51,882 nucleotides of DNA from Nanobdellota archaeon (GTDB lineage Archaea; Nanobdellota; Nanobdellia; SCGC-AAA011-G17; UBA489). Location of the stretch: positions 1 to 51,882 of the forward strand of contig JAUYMN010000017.1 in the NCBI GenBank assembly GCA_030699455.1, read 5' to 3'. The position numbers and the translations under genes were made by a program. This document shows positions 1-9,385 of the stretch, one piece after another; the first letter of the stretch is position 1, and each line of letters begins with the position of its first letter. Below the pieces are notes generated by a model, which saw only the letters and a list, made by a program, of their open reading frames with translations, had not been told where the DNA came from and ran no database searches.

Positions 1-106
1 TCTTCATTATTTTCAAAAATCTAAAAGTTTTTTTATTCCTTCATGCCGTAGCATCCATCCCCCATCTCTTGGAAATACATGTCTATTTTTTACTTTTGCC
101 GTTTTT

Positions 107-421
107 TTAGATAAAAATTAAATATACTCCAACTGATAAAATTATCAATATCAACAAAAATATTGCTAAAGCCCCTTTCGGGCTGTTAGCATCTTTTGTC
201 TCTCTTCTATCAGCAGTTATTTCATCGTTTTTTGCTCTGTTCTTTTTCAAAGTTGCATCTGCTTCAAATCTTCTTTCTTGAGTCAATGCATCATTTTTAT
301 CTCTGCTTTTGCTCAAAGCTCTATCGGTAGTTTCTCTTGTCTCATTTGTAGCCATGTCATTAGCTTTTCTTTGTTGATTTATCATTTTGTTCTGCCTCCT
401 TGTGATATATAATATAATCAA
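107..421 (-). CDS. small protein with charged internal repeat and C-terminal membrane anchor (start may be the internal MATNET)
   Basis: SRDKNDALTQERR / NRAKNDEITADRR duplication; hydrophobic tail ALAIFLLILIILSVGVYLIFI. Confidence 0.55.
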   Translation of the reverse strand: MIILYITRRQNKMINQQRKANDMATNETRETTDRALSKSRDKNDALTQERRFEADATLKKNRAKNDEITADRRETKDANSPKGALAIFLLILIILSVGVYLIFI

Positions 422-490
422 CAGAGTATATATACAAGTGCAGTAGTTAGATATAATTGTTGTATGAGGGAGGACTTAATCTTGTTAATT

Positions 491-1255
491 TTACTCTATC
501 TTCTTAGAATAATCCCAAAGAATATGGTATAAATCAAGATATTCTTTTGCAATAATATCGTTTTCTATTACAATTGTATAAATAGGATGAATCCAAAGAG
601 TAATATAAACAAAACCATCACAAACTATCTGAGTTATTTGAGATGCTTTTGATTGCTGTGTTTTTGGCAAAAGTCTTGCTTCTGTAAATTTTAGATTACT
701 AACTATTTTAATCTCCTCATCAGGAAGCTTATAAAAAAGTAATTTAAGTTCAATATTTTTTTTTATTCTTTCAATATGGAATGAATGCATTAATCTGTCA
801 TTAAGAACATTAATTATATTTTCGTTTTCTGCAAGCCCATATATCCAAACATCTGATTTTTTTTCAAGTAGACTAAATAAAATAATTTTTACTGCATTTA
901 ATCCTTCAAGAGTATACACCTTTGGAGTTTGTCCAGATACATAAGTTGTTTTTATGTAATCCATTGCAGATTTTAAATTTTCCAATTTATCTTTTTCTTC
1001 GTTTAGAATCATTTCGGTAGGCAAGGCTGCAAACACTTGCTTTCCTTCTTTAGTTGTAATATAGACAAGATTTCTTTCTTTAAGTTTATTTAAGGTGTCA
1101 TATACATTAGCTCTATGCATCTTTGTTCTTTTTGAAACCTGTGTTGCAGAAGATTCTTTATTTTTCAATAAATCTAAATAAATAGTAGTCTGCATCTTAG
1201 GAATACCTACCGATTCAAAAGCCTTTATTATGAGTCCATCTCCCATAATATTCAT
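491..1255 (-). CDS. TrmB-family transcriptional regulator
   Basis: N-terminal wHTH IYLDLLKNKESSATQVSKRTKMHRANVYDTLNKLKERNLV; VYTLEGLNAVK linker; C-terminal 'LYHILWDYS'. Confidence 0.85.
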   Translation of the reverse strand: MNIMGDGLIIKAFESVGIPKMQTTIYLDLLKNKESSATQVSKRTKMHRANVYDTLNKLKERNLVYITTKEGKQVFAALPTEMILNEEKDKLENLKSAMDYIKTTYVSGQTPKVYTLEGLNAVKIILFSLLEKKSDVWIYGLAENENIINVLNDRLMHSFHIERIKKNIELKLLFYKLPDEEIKIVSNLKFTEARLLPKTQQSKASQITQIVCDGFVYITLWIHPIYTIVIENDIIAKEYLDLYHILWDYSKKIE

Positions 1256-1553
1256 GAGATCATTTTATATATATTTTTATCGGTTTAACTCTTTAGAGAT
1301 TACTTTCTCAAAACTCGATGAAAATGAATTATTATGAAGGTGCTATCCACTTTTGGAAGTAATCTAATAAATTAGTTTATATTCGGTATCTCTAAGTTTG
1401 ATTCCTATTAGGTATAAAAAAGAAATTTAATAAAATTTGCTGTCCTGGATTAAAACTTAATTCTGAAAATAAATGGATGGATTTGATCAAAATGGCAAAT
1501 GAGTAAATCATAACAAAATTACCAACCGTTTGTGCGCTGGTGAATGGGAAAAA

Positions 1554-1625
1554 TGGGCCCAAGAGGAATTGAACCCCTATCTCCTGGTCCGAAGCCAAGT
1601 ATGCGATCCATTACACCATGAGCCC
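1554..1625 (-). tRNA. tRNA-Arg(TCG), CCA not encoded
   Basis: Reverse complement folds as cloverleaf: acceptor GGGCTCA/TGGGCCC, anticodon arm CTTGG-CTTCGGA-CCAGG, T arm AGGGG-TTCAATT-CCTCT, A after D-loop GG (Arg identity A20). Confidence 0.92.
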
Positions 1626-1662
1626 ATCTAAAATTATTCATAACTGCTGGATTTAAGCTTTA

Positions 1663-2055
1663 TCATTGCATGTAGCTGAGTACCAGAACTGCAATATTAA
1701 TAATATAAGAAGATATGCACAACAAGCAGAAATTTCTCTGAATAAAAAATGAAACGTATGCCAGCATTATGGTCATAATCATTGCAGGTATTGCCATAAA
1801 AAATATAAGAAAATTGAATTTTGTGAATGATACTACAAATACTGAAACATAAAACAAAAGTCCTAAAACATGGTTTGGAAGTATTTTTAACAGATTTCCA
1901 TACTTACTTGTTATTGCCTTCGTACATGAAATGTTGCTTTTTATGTCACATAATGGGTTATATTTTCTGCCCCTTTCAGCCTTGACCTTGACAATCCATG
2001 CATAAATTGATACAATCATACCCAAAACAGCAAAAATTCTCAAAGCAGTTATCAT
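1663..2055 (-). CDS. vitamin K epoxide reductase (VKOR) family protein
   Basis: Loop cysteines LCDIKSNISC, SKYG motif, several TM helices, active-site CLLC in last TM; ATG at 2055 preferred over the track's GTG. Confidence 0.88.
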   Translation of the reverse strand: MITALRIFAVLGMIVSIYAWIVKVKAERGRKYNPLCDIKSNISCTKAITSKYGNLLKILPNHVLGLLFYVSVFVVSFTKFNFLIFFMAIPAMIMTIMLAYVSFFIQRNFCLLCISSYIINIAVLVLSYMQ

Positions 2056-2270
2056 TGTAATGAAGAAGCAGACCACGTATATATTCTTTATGAATATGTC
2101 TTTTTCTGAATGAAATAATATTGGCGACCTGCAAAAACTCTATCTTCAGAAATAACAGGTCTTTAATAGGTAACTTTCAGTAAACATGCCAAAAATGGAA
2201 GAAGCCATGAAAAAAGATGGGATTCCGCCTGCATTATAGTCATTTGAAAACTGCTTCTCAAGATTGTCCA

Positions 2271-2510
2271 TTACGGGATGAGCTTAGATTTTCCAGATTT
2301 TTTGATTTTGAGATATTGCTCTCTGGTTAAAGATACTGCTTTTGCACTTTGCAATTGGCTGTTAACAATTACATTTCGCTGTTCACTCCATTCTTTATCT
2401 GAATGTGTCTTAACATACCTTGCCCAGTACTTAACAAAATTCATACGATCTTCCTTGTTTGTTTTTCCAGGCTTAAGAAAGATTTTTTTCGATTCTTTGT
2501 TTGTAGGCAT
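2271..2510 (-). CDS. small conserved-looking hypothetical protein (FVKYWARYV...WS.Q...NSQ)
   Basis: 79-aa ATG ORF overlapping the upstream fragment; resembles small DPANN proteins I recall next to nucleotidyltransferase-like genes. Confidence 0.6.
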   Translation of the reverse strand: MPTNKESKKIFLKPGKTNKEDRMNFVKYWARYVKTHSDKEWSEQRNVIVNSQLQSAKAVSLTREQYLKIKKSGKSKLIP

Positions 2511-2625
2511 ATACCTTCTCCATATCTATGTTATTCTTAAATATTTCTTCTATATGCTGGGCATCTTCTAAGTCTTTTTCAGACTTTAGATGGTATCGTT
2601 TAATGCCAATAATTCCCAAAAGTAT
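2473..2625 (-). pseudogene. C-terminal remnant of a putative nucleotidyltransferase-like gene
   Basis: IKRYHLKSEKDLEDAQHIEEIF reads like a protein C-terminus (K..KD.ED motif); no credible start; 3' end overlaps the 79-aa gene; 5' boundary approximate. Confidence 0.45.
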
Positions 2626-2651
2626 ATAAATTTGAATTAATTTATAAATAT

Positions 2652-2792
2652 ATGAAAACACTTGTGATAATAGTGCTTGTATTGTTGGTATTGGGGCTGT
2701 ATTTTTATACAGACGTCACCAGAGCACTCATTAATTTTACTGGAGGCTTTATCTCTGACAGAATTTCTGATGTAAAAGGTTTATTTAATTAG
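2652..2792 (+). CDS. 46-aa single-TM small protein missing from ORF track
   Basis: Manual translation MKTLVIIVLVLLVLGLYFYTDVTRALINFTGGFISDRISDVKGLFN*. Confidence 0.65.
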   Translation: MKTLVIIVLVLLVLGLYFYTDVTRALINFTGGFISDRISDVKGLFN

Positions 2793-3702
2793 TGCTGTTT
2801 GTTTCGTTGCTATTGAACCCTGTTGGATGCATTCTTACCCTAAATATTGCCTTATGTTTTGTCTCGGCTTCTGTATAAACTAAATCACAGTCCTTATCTT
2901 CGCAGAAATAACATCTTGCTTCATATTCTCCTTTAACTTCGCCGGTTGTTATTACTGCATCATTTATTATTTCTTCTTCTCCAATGTTTATCTCTAAAAC
3001 ATGCAAATCAAGATTATAATCTGTATTCTCATATTCTCCATCAAATTCACCATCAATTCTTATTGTTTCATCGACTTTGCATTGTATTTTTGTATTTTCC
3101 TCGTTTTTTATTCCAAGCCTGTATTTGTATATGCCTGACTCACCGGATTCCAACCATATGTCTATTATCTTGCCGCCTATTTTTCCATTGTCATCAAAAA
3201 TGCCTATGCCCTGTACATCATTATGGTCGTCTAATATGAAAATATTAAACTCTGGACCTGGCCCAGTATACACTGATTCGTTTTCTTCTTCTGTTTCATT
3301 GAGCTCTGGCTCGTCTTTTATTGGTGCCTCTTCCTTATCTTTGAGTTGCTTTTCAAGATCATCCAGCTTTTTCTGAAGGTTATCAATATTGTCTGAATCA
3401 TCCGAAACTTTTGGATTCATAAAACTTGAAATGACATAAATCCCAACAATTATTAATGCTACAAAGAATGCAAATCCCAAGAATACCCACTGTATATTGT
3501 CCTTTGGATGCCTATATCCTGGATCATGGTAGTGCCCACCTGTTGGTCTCTCTGGCGGTATATGTGTTATCTCTGTCTTTCTTTTGATTTCAATCTCTTT
3601 TTTTGGATATACTTTTTTCTTGTCAAGCTCTGATCTTGCCTCTAACAATTCCTTCTTCTTTTCAAGTTCTTTCTTCTTCTTCAGATACTCATCTATATCC
3701 AT
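2785..3702 (-). CDS. single-pass membrane protein, basic N-terminus and acidic external domain
   Basis: 305 aa, TM WVFLGFAFFVALIIVGIYVI, coiled segment, Cys-containing acidic C-terminal domain. Confidence 0.75.
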   Translation of the reverse strand: MDIDEYLKKKKELEKKKELLEARSELDKKKVYPKKEIEIKRKTEITHIPPERPTGGHYHDPGYRHPKDNIQWVFLGFAFFVALIIVGIYVISSFMNPKVSDDSDNIDNLQKKLDDLEKQLKDKEEAPIKDEPELNETEEENESVYTGPGPEFNIFILDDHNDVQGIGIFDDNGKIGGKIIDIWLESGESGIYKYRLGIKNEENTKIQCKVDETIRIDGEFDGEYENTDYNLDLHVLEINIGEEEIINDAVITTGEVKGEYEARCYFCEDKDCDLVYTEAETKHKAIFRVRMHPTGFNSNETNSTN

Positions 3703-3788
3703 TTTAAAGTAGTACCCACCATATTGTTGATGTTATAGGAAATCAATGAGATTTATATATAAGCTTTTCTCTGAAAAATCATCTACTT

Positions 3789-4115
3789 TCAATATTTTTC
3801 AATAAATGCTCCATCATAACATCCATTGTGAAAATAAATTTTCAATTTTCTTTTTCCGTGTGAGAGGGTTATTTCTGTGTTATCACAAAAAGATGGTGTT
3901 TCTCTGCTACAGAACTGATAGAAACACTTGCCTTCGATTGTTTCTGCTGAAGGGAGTATTGTAACTGCACCTTTTGGTAATTCCTCTCTTGATGCTATTA
4001 CTTCTATTAAATCCTCAAGAATACCCCTATTAACTGCCACTGATATTTCAGGCATTTGTCTACCTTCTCCTGCCAGTGGAAATGTGATAATTCCTTTTCT
4101 TAATGATTTTTTCAT
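3789..4115 (-). CDS. hypothetical protein, translationally coupled to asnS
   Basis: ATGA overlap with asnS stop; 108 aa. Confidence 0.6.
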   Translation of the reverse strand: MKKSLRKGIITFPLAGEGRQMPEISVAVNRGILEDLIEVIASREELPKGAVTILPSAETIEGKCFYQFCSRETPSFCDNTEITLSHGKRKLKIYFHNGCYDGAFIEKY

Positions 4116-5404
4116 GGTTTGTATCTTGTCATTGTTCTTGGGAATGCAATGGCATCCTTTATGTTATCGAGACCACATATCCATGCAATCACCCTTTCTG
4201 TTCCAATACCATATCCTGCGTGAGGAACACCACCATATTTTCTTAAATCAAAATACCATTCATAGTTTTTAGGGTCTTCTCCTTCTGCTTTTAACCTTTC
4301 TTCCATATCTTCAACATCCATACTCCTAACACTCCCCCCTATAATTTCAACTCCATTTGGTGCCAGCATATCAAAGCATAATGCCTCATCAGTATTTTCC
4401 GGGTCTCTTGGTTTGTAAAAACCCATTGCCTCAACTGGATAGTGGGTTACCACAACGGGAACATCAAAGTGGCTTGTAATTTTTTCTTCTTCTATTGTTC
4501 TTAGATCTTTTCCAAAAGGAACATCCATGTTGTCTTTTTCTTTAAGCATCTTTAGAGCTTCCCTGTATTTTATGGTCGGCCATTCCTTTTTAGTCATGGC
4601 AATAATTTTGTCTGGATCCTGGCCTAAGAATTTGAATTCTTCTCTTCTTTCTTCAACGGTTTTTCTAATTGTGTATTTTAATTCTTCTTTTCCAAATTCT
4701 GTTAAGTCTTTTAGGTCAAACCATGCGGCTTCCATTTCAGCCATCCAAAATTCTGATAAGTGATTGGTGGTTTTACTTTTTTCTGCTCTAAATGTTGGTC
4801 CAAAATTATAAATTCTTTCTAATGAAGGAATTGCTGCTTCTGCATATAACTGCCAAGTTTGGGCTAAATACATTTTATCCTTGTAGTATTTCACTTCAAA
4901 AACTGTTGAACCACCTTCGCTTTGTGTTGGCTGAAGTATTGGGGTGTCAAATCTGTAAAAGTTTTTTTCTCTAAAAAATTGTTCTCTGTGTTGAATAAAA
5001 GAACTTCTTATTTTGAAAATAGCTGCCAATCTTCTTGTTCTTATGGATAAATGTCTTTTTTCTAATAAAAAATCATAACTTTGGTCTTTTGTTATTGGAT
5101 ACTTATCCGAAGCTCCTATGATTTTAAAATCCTTTACTTTTAACTCATAACCTGTTGGTGCACGTGGGTCTTTTAACAGTGTTCCTGTTAATTCCAAAGA
5201 TGATTCCACTTGGATCTTATCTATCTCATCCCATTCTTTTGAGAAATCTTCTTTTTTAAGAACGCATTGGATAATATTTGATGAATCTCTTAATACTACA
5301 AATTTTAAGTTATTTGAACCTCTTTCTCTGTATGTCCATCCCCTGATTGAAACATTTCCTGTTCCTTTTTTTATAGCTTCCTGAATTGATATGAATTTTG
5401 TCAT
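4112..5404 (-). CDS. asnS: asparagine--tRNA ligase (archaeal type)
   Basis: OB-fold RGWTYRERGS..FVVLRD, YLAQTWQLY, motif 2 FRAEKSKTTNHLSEFWMAEME, EIIGGS, motif 3 YGGVPHAGYGIGTERV..FPR. Confidence 0.93.
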   Translation of the reverse strand: MTKFISIQEAIKKGTGNVSIRGWTYRERGSNNLKFVVLRDSSNIIQCVLKKEDFSKEWDEIDKIQVESSLELTGTLLKDPRAPTGYELKVKDFKIIGASDKYPITKDQSYDFLLEKRHLSIRTRRLAAIFKIRSSFIQHREQFFREKNFYRFDTPILQPTQSEGGSTVFEVKYYKDKMYLAQTWQLYAEAAIPSLERIYNFGPTFRAEKSKTTNHLSEFWMAEMEAAWFDLKDLTEFGKEELKYTIRKTVEERREEFKFLGQDPDKIIAMTKKEWPTIKYREALKMLKEKDNMDVPFGKDLRTIEEEKITSHFDVPVVVTHYPVEAMGFYKPRDPENTDEALCFDMLAPNGVEIIGGSVRSMDVEDMEERLKAEGEDPKNYEWYFDLRKYGGVPHAGYGIGTERVIAWICGLDNIKDAIAFPRTMTRYKP

Positions 5405-5421
5405 GATATCATCTCTTTGTT

Positions 5422-5805
5422 TTAGTTATTAAAGCTTTTTTGTTCTTCAAGTCTTTCTTGTAAATCTTTGTCTTTAAACATTTCAAATCCAATGTATCCT
5501 GCAAAGATTCTGAATCTGACTGGACCAAGTCCATATGGGCCACTTGCGAGCCAGTGTGGTGTTTTATCTATTTCTGCGCCGACCATTGTTGCCCTATATC
5601 CAGGGGTTATTGTATAATGGCTATCTATGTCTCCTTTTAGTGGTCTTCCGTGTTCATCAAAGAAGAATCTGTAAGCCGATCCCCTCTTTGATCTCCATTC
5701 TATGTATGTTATGTCTGCTGTTTTTTTTCTTGAATAAGTGGTTTTTTTCTCTTCTAAACTCTCTGTGAGCTTCTCTATCTCTGATTTTTTCATTTTTTCC
5801 TCCAA
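5422..5805 (-). CDS. hypothetical protein
   Basis: 127-aa ORF 17 bp upstream of asnS on the same strand; start codon uncertain. Confidence 0.55.
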   Translation of the reverse strand: MEEKMKKSEIEKLTESLEEKKTTYSRKKTADITYIEWRSKRGSAYRFFFDEHGRPLKGDIDSHYTITPGYRATMVGAEIDKTPHWLASGPYGLGPVRFRIFAGYIGFEMFKDKDLQERLEEQKSFNN

Positions 5806-5898
5806 ATGGGTAATATTTTACTAATTTTCTGTTTATTTAAGAAATTATCTTAAAAATATTGGAAAAATTAGCCAAAAATACAAAAATTTAAATATAAT

Positions 5899-6369
5899 AT
5901 GGCACATATGTACATTATGGAATATAAGCTTGATAGCAAGGATAAAAAAATATTGGGGGTGTTAAAGGAACATGGAGATTATACTACAAGGGAAATTGCA
6001 AAAAAGACATTAATCCCGTTTACCACAATCAATAACAGGATTAGAAAGTTAAAACAAGAGGGTTTTATCAAAAAATTTACAATTGAATTAGACCATGATA
6101 AAATTGCCCGTGGTTTTGTTGTTTATGTTTTAATTTCTGCTGATTTGAAATACCTGAAAGAAAAAAATAAAACCCAATACGATGTTGCAAAAGAATTGAA
6201 GAAATTTGATTCTGTTGAAAGGGTTGATATTGTATCTGGTGAGACAGATATTGTTGCAATTGTGAGAGTTAAAGATGTAAAGGAATTTGATAATTTTTTG
6301 CTAGAAAAAATTCATTCTATTGATGGTGTTGCAAATACTAAATCTATGATTGTGATACATGAATGTTAA
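5899..6369 (+). CDS. Lrp/AsnC family regulator (likely start ATG 5917)
   Basis: LDSKDKKILGVL..TTREIAKK..TINNRIRKLKQEGFIKKFTI HTH; RAM domain IVSGETDIV..IDGVANTKS. Confidence 0.92.
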   Translation: MAHMYIMEYKLDSKDKKILGVLKEHGDYTTREIAKKTLIPFTTINNRIRKLKQEGFIKKFTIELDHDKIARGFVVYVLISADLKYLKEKNKTQYDVAKELKKFDSVERVDIVSGETDIVAIVRVKDVKEFDNFLLEKIHSIDGVANTKSMIVIHEC

Positions 6370-6471
6370 TTTGGGTGCTGTGACTTTTGCATGGAAAGTT
6401 TCGAACCCAGAAGACATTGGATGTCTCTCCTTTTTGATAGGAGTGCGTTTACCAATTCTGCGAACCATTTT

Positions 6472-7821
6472 TTACTTTATCCCTAGCTCTTTTAATTGTT
6501 CTTTGGAAACTTCTGAAGGTGAATCCAACATTAAATCTTTTGCATCTTTGTTTTTAGGGAAAGCTATCATCTCTCGTATTGATTCTTCTCCAGCCATTAA
6601 TGCTGTTAGTCTATCTAATCCGAGTGCAATACCCCCCATTGGCGGTGCACCATATTTCATTGAATCTAATAAATAACCAAACTTTTCTTCTGCTTCTGCA
6701 TCTGAAATTTTTAAGGCTTTAAATATTTTCTTTTGTAGGTCTGGTGTATTAATCCTAATAGAACCGCTACCCATTTCAAAGCCATTTAACACTAAATCGT
6801 AACTTGTTGACATTACTTTTTCTGGAGATTTTTCTATTAAATTGATGTGTTCGTTTTTTGGAGCTGTGAATGGGTGGTGTTCAGAAACATAGCGCTTCTC
6901 TTCTTCTTTGTACTCAAATAATGGAAAGTCTGTAACCCACAAAAATTGAAAATCATCTTTACTTTTTGATAAATTAGGTTTGTCTGTTTTGTATTTTTTT
7001 ATAGATTCTTCGTAAGTTAATCTTTGAAACGGTAATTTTAGGTCGATATTTAAAACTTCTTTGAATATTGCTTTCATTAACTCTTCGCATAAATCATAAA
7101 TGTCTTCTTCTTCAACAAATGACATTTCCATGTCTAGCTGTGTAAATTCTGGTTGTCTATCTGAACGTAGATCTTCATCTCTCATACATCTTGCTATCTG
7201 GTAATATTTGTCGTAACCACTAACCATTAAAAGTTGTTTAAATATTTGCGGTGATTGTGGTAATGCATAGAACTTTTTGGGAAATTTCCTTGACGGAACT
7301 AAATAATCTCTTGCACCTTCAGGTGTTGATTTTGCTAATATTGGAGTTTCTATATTTAAAAAGTTTTTTTCGTCTAAAAATCTATGAATTGAATTAATCA
7401 CTTTATGACGTAAAATTAAATTTCTTTGCATGTTTTTTGATCTTAAATCAAGATATCTGTATTTTAATCTTGTTTCTTCCGAACTTGTTTTTGGATCTAG
7501 AGGGATTTCTTCTGCCTTATTTAATATTTCTATGTTGTCTGCAGATAATTCTATTTCTCCTGTGTCCATATCTTTTTTAATTTGATTTTCCGGACGTGCT
7601 TTAACTTCTCCAATTACCTTTATTACAGAATCATTTGAGATATGTGGAAATTCTTTTGTTAAGCTTGGATTCACAAATATTTGCGTAATACCATATCTGT
7701 CTTTTAATAAGATGAATGATAATTTTCCCTGCACCCTGTGGGCCTCCACCCATCCACAAAGTGCTACTTTTTTCCCAGAGTGTGTTTTTCTTAATTCTCC
7801 ACATGTGTGTGTTCTAAGCAT
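6472..7821 (-). CDS. aspS: aspartate--tRNA ligase, bacterial type lacking the GAD insertion
   Basis: MLRTHTCGELR start, STPEGARDYLVPSR, FYALPQSPQIFKQLLMVSG, RDEDLRSDRQPEFTQLD, HHPFTAP, YGAPPMGGIALGLDR; only ~449 aa. Confidence 0.95.
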   Translation of the reverse strand: MLRTHTCGELRKTHSGKKVALCGWVEAHRVQGKLSFILLKDRYGITQIFVNPSLTKEFPHISNDSVIKVIGEVKARPENQIKKDMDTGEIELSADNIEILNKAEEIPLDPKTSSEETRLKYRYLDLRSKNMQRNLILRHKVINSIHRFLDEKNFLNIETPILAKSTPEGARDYLVPSRKFPKKFYALPQSPQIFKQLLMVSGYDKYYQIARCMRDEDLRSDRQPEFTQLDMEMSFVEEEDIYDLCEELMKAIFKEVLNIDLKLPFQRLTYEESIKKYKTDKPNLSKSKDDFQFLWVTDFPLFEYKEEEKRYVSEHHPFTAPKNEHINLIEKSPEKVMSTSYDLVLNGFEMGSGSIRINTPDLQKKIFKALKISDAEAEEKFGYLLDSMKYGAPPMGGIALGLDRLTALMAGEESIREMIAFPKNKDAKDLMLDSPSEVSKEQLKELGIK

Positions 7822-7946
7822 ACTCAAGTGAAATTATAAGGGTATTTAAGATTTGTTGCTGTTTTGCATTGTTGCATCTATGGGGCTTAAGAGTTGCTAT
7901 TCTTAATTTGGAGTTAGGAAATAATAGATGGCTTGATCTAATTAAA

Positions 7947-8660
7947 CTATTTTCCTTTAGCTACTTTCCATAAAACTTCAAAATGATTTTTATAACTTTC
8001 AACAATGTCTTTATCTTTTATCATGATTATTATCGGCCTCTCTTTGATTACATGGATGCTCACTTTATCTCCAAAGATTGTTGTTGTAGCCTCACTTTTT
8101 ATATCTAAAAACCTTGCTTCCACACTTTTTAATTTTAATATTTCCTGAGTTTTATATTCCGTATTCATAATGATTCTAGCTCCAAAGCCTTTTTTTGTTA
8201 GTTCTTTCCCTATTCTAGGAAGTTCATATAGGACATCATAAGCTCTGCCAGTTGCACCAAAAGCACAGAAGGATTTTTCTTTAATGATTTCTCTCATTAA
8301 ACTTCTTAACCCCTCAATTCCTTCATAAATATTGATTTCTTGTTCTTCTTCTTTAATTTTTTCAAGTGATCTAAGTTCCGGTATAAAATCTTTAATAAAT
8401 GCCTCTTTTTCCTTTAGAGGATTTAATAAATTTTTAGGGTCGTTAGCTCCAAAGTATTTTTTATGGCTCTTTATAATGTAATGTACTAAGCCTTTTTCTA
8501 TAAGGTTATTTAATATTTGATAGGTTAATGTTCTATCTAAACCAGACTTCTTAGCTAATTGTGAGCCATTAATTAAGTCGTGTTTTAATAATTCCAGATA
8601 TACTTTGGCTCCATTTCTGGTTAATCCACATGTCTTAAGTTTTTCTTCTGTGCTTTGCAT
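7947..8660 (-). CDS. TrmB-family transcriptional regulator
   Basis: GLTRNGAKVYLELLK..QLAKKSGLDRTLTYQILNNLIEKGLV; IYEGIEGL; HFEVLWKVA. Confidence 0.88.
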   Translation of the reverse strand: MQSTEEKLKTCGLTRNGAKVYLELLKHDLINGSQLAKKSGLDRTLTYQILNNLIEKGLVHYIIKSHKKYFGANDPKNLLNPLKEKEAFIKDFIPELRSLEKIKEEEQEINIYEGIEGLRSLMREIIKEKSFCAFGATGRAYDVLYELPRIGKELTKKGFGARIIMNTEYKTQEILKLKSVEARFLDIKSEATTTIFGDKVSIHVIKERPIIIMIKDKDIVESYKNHFEVLWKVAKGK

Positions 8661-8754
8661 GAAGTTGTAGAGCCAAAATACTATATAACTGTTGTTATTT
8701 TTAATTACAACATATATTTAAAAGGGATATTCGTTGATTATAAGGTAATAAATT

Positions 8755-9192
8755 ATGGAGAAAATGGAGCAAAATAATAATTCAGTTAGAGAAACTTCAG
8801 GTTTAGAAGAAATGTTTAGACAAACTTTATCTGAAGAGGAAATTGCTAAAGTAGACAGAGCTGGCAAAAATTTGGCAAGATTTAATAGAATAGGTCTGCT
8901 TCTTCCCTTTGTAGGAGCCGTGGCTTCAGCATTACCTATGGGATCAGCCATTATATCTGGCTACCTTGGGGGATATGTCGAAGCAGGTAATTTTATCAAA
9001 GAAACTCCAGAATACATTGAAAATTTGTTTTATTTTGGAATGATGCCTTTATTCGGAGGATCCGCCGCATCTGCTCTGCTTTTCCCATTCAATATTCCTA
9101 ACTATAGAAATGTCAAGTCGTATCTAAGTAAATATGATACATTTGTTAGAAACTGCGAACTACCAAATTATGGAGAAGAAAATGGTCTGTAG
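8755..9192 (+). CDS. hypothetical membrane protein
   Basis: 145 aa with two hydrophobic Gly/Ala-rich segments. Confidence 0.6.
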   Translation: MEKMEQNNNSVRETSGLEEMFRQTLSEEEIAKVDRAGKNLARFNRIGLLLPFVGAVASALPMGSAIISGYLGGYVEAGNFIKETPEYIENLFYFGMMPLFGGSAASALLFPFNIPNYRNVKSYLSKYDTFVRNCELPNYGEENGL

Positions 9193-9385
9193 ATTGAGAC
9201 GAGAACATTTACAATCATAAAATTAAGAAATCCTCCTAAATTACAAAAACTTGGTCTTCCATTTCATAGCCAAGTCCCGACAACGCAACAATACATTGCT
9301 GTTTTGATAAATATTTAATCTTGTCTTTGAAAAATTGTTTTTTTGAACAGATATTATTTTATAGGTATTTGCATCCTTAAAATAG

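Noticed and set aside
1-1553. Integrated element downstream of tRNA-Arg(TCG)
   Set aside because: AT-rich and beside a tRNA 3' end, but no integrase or att duplication is visible within the window.
1392-1598. 68-aa ORF
   Set aside because: Overlaps tRNA-Arg(TCG); spurious.
1554-1625. Gln-like tRNA scaffold suggesting CGA recoding
   Set aside because: G1-C72 (not the A1-U72 GatDE determinant) and A20 fit ordinary Arg identity; no evidence of reassignment.
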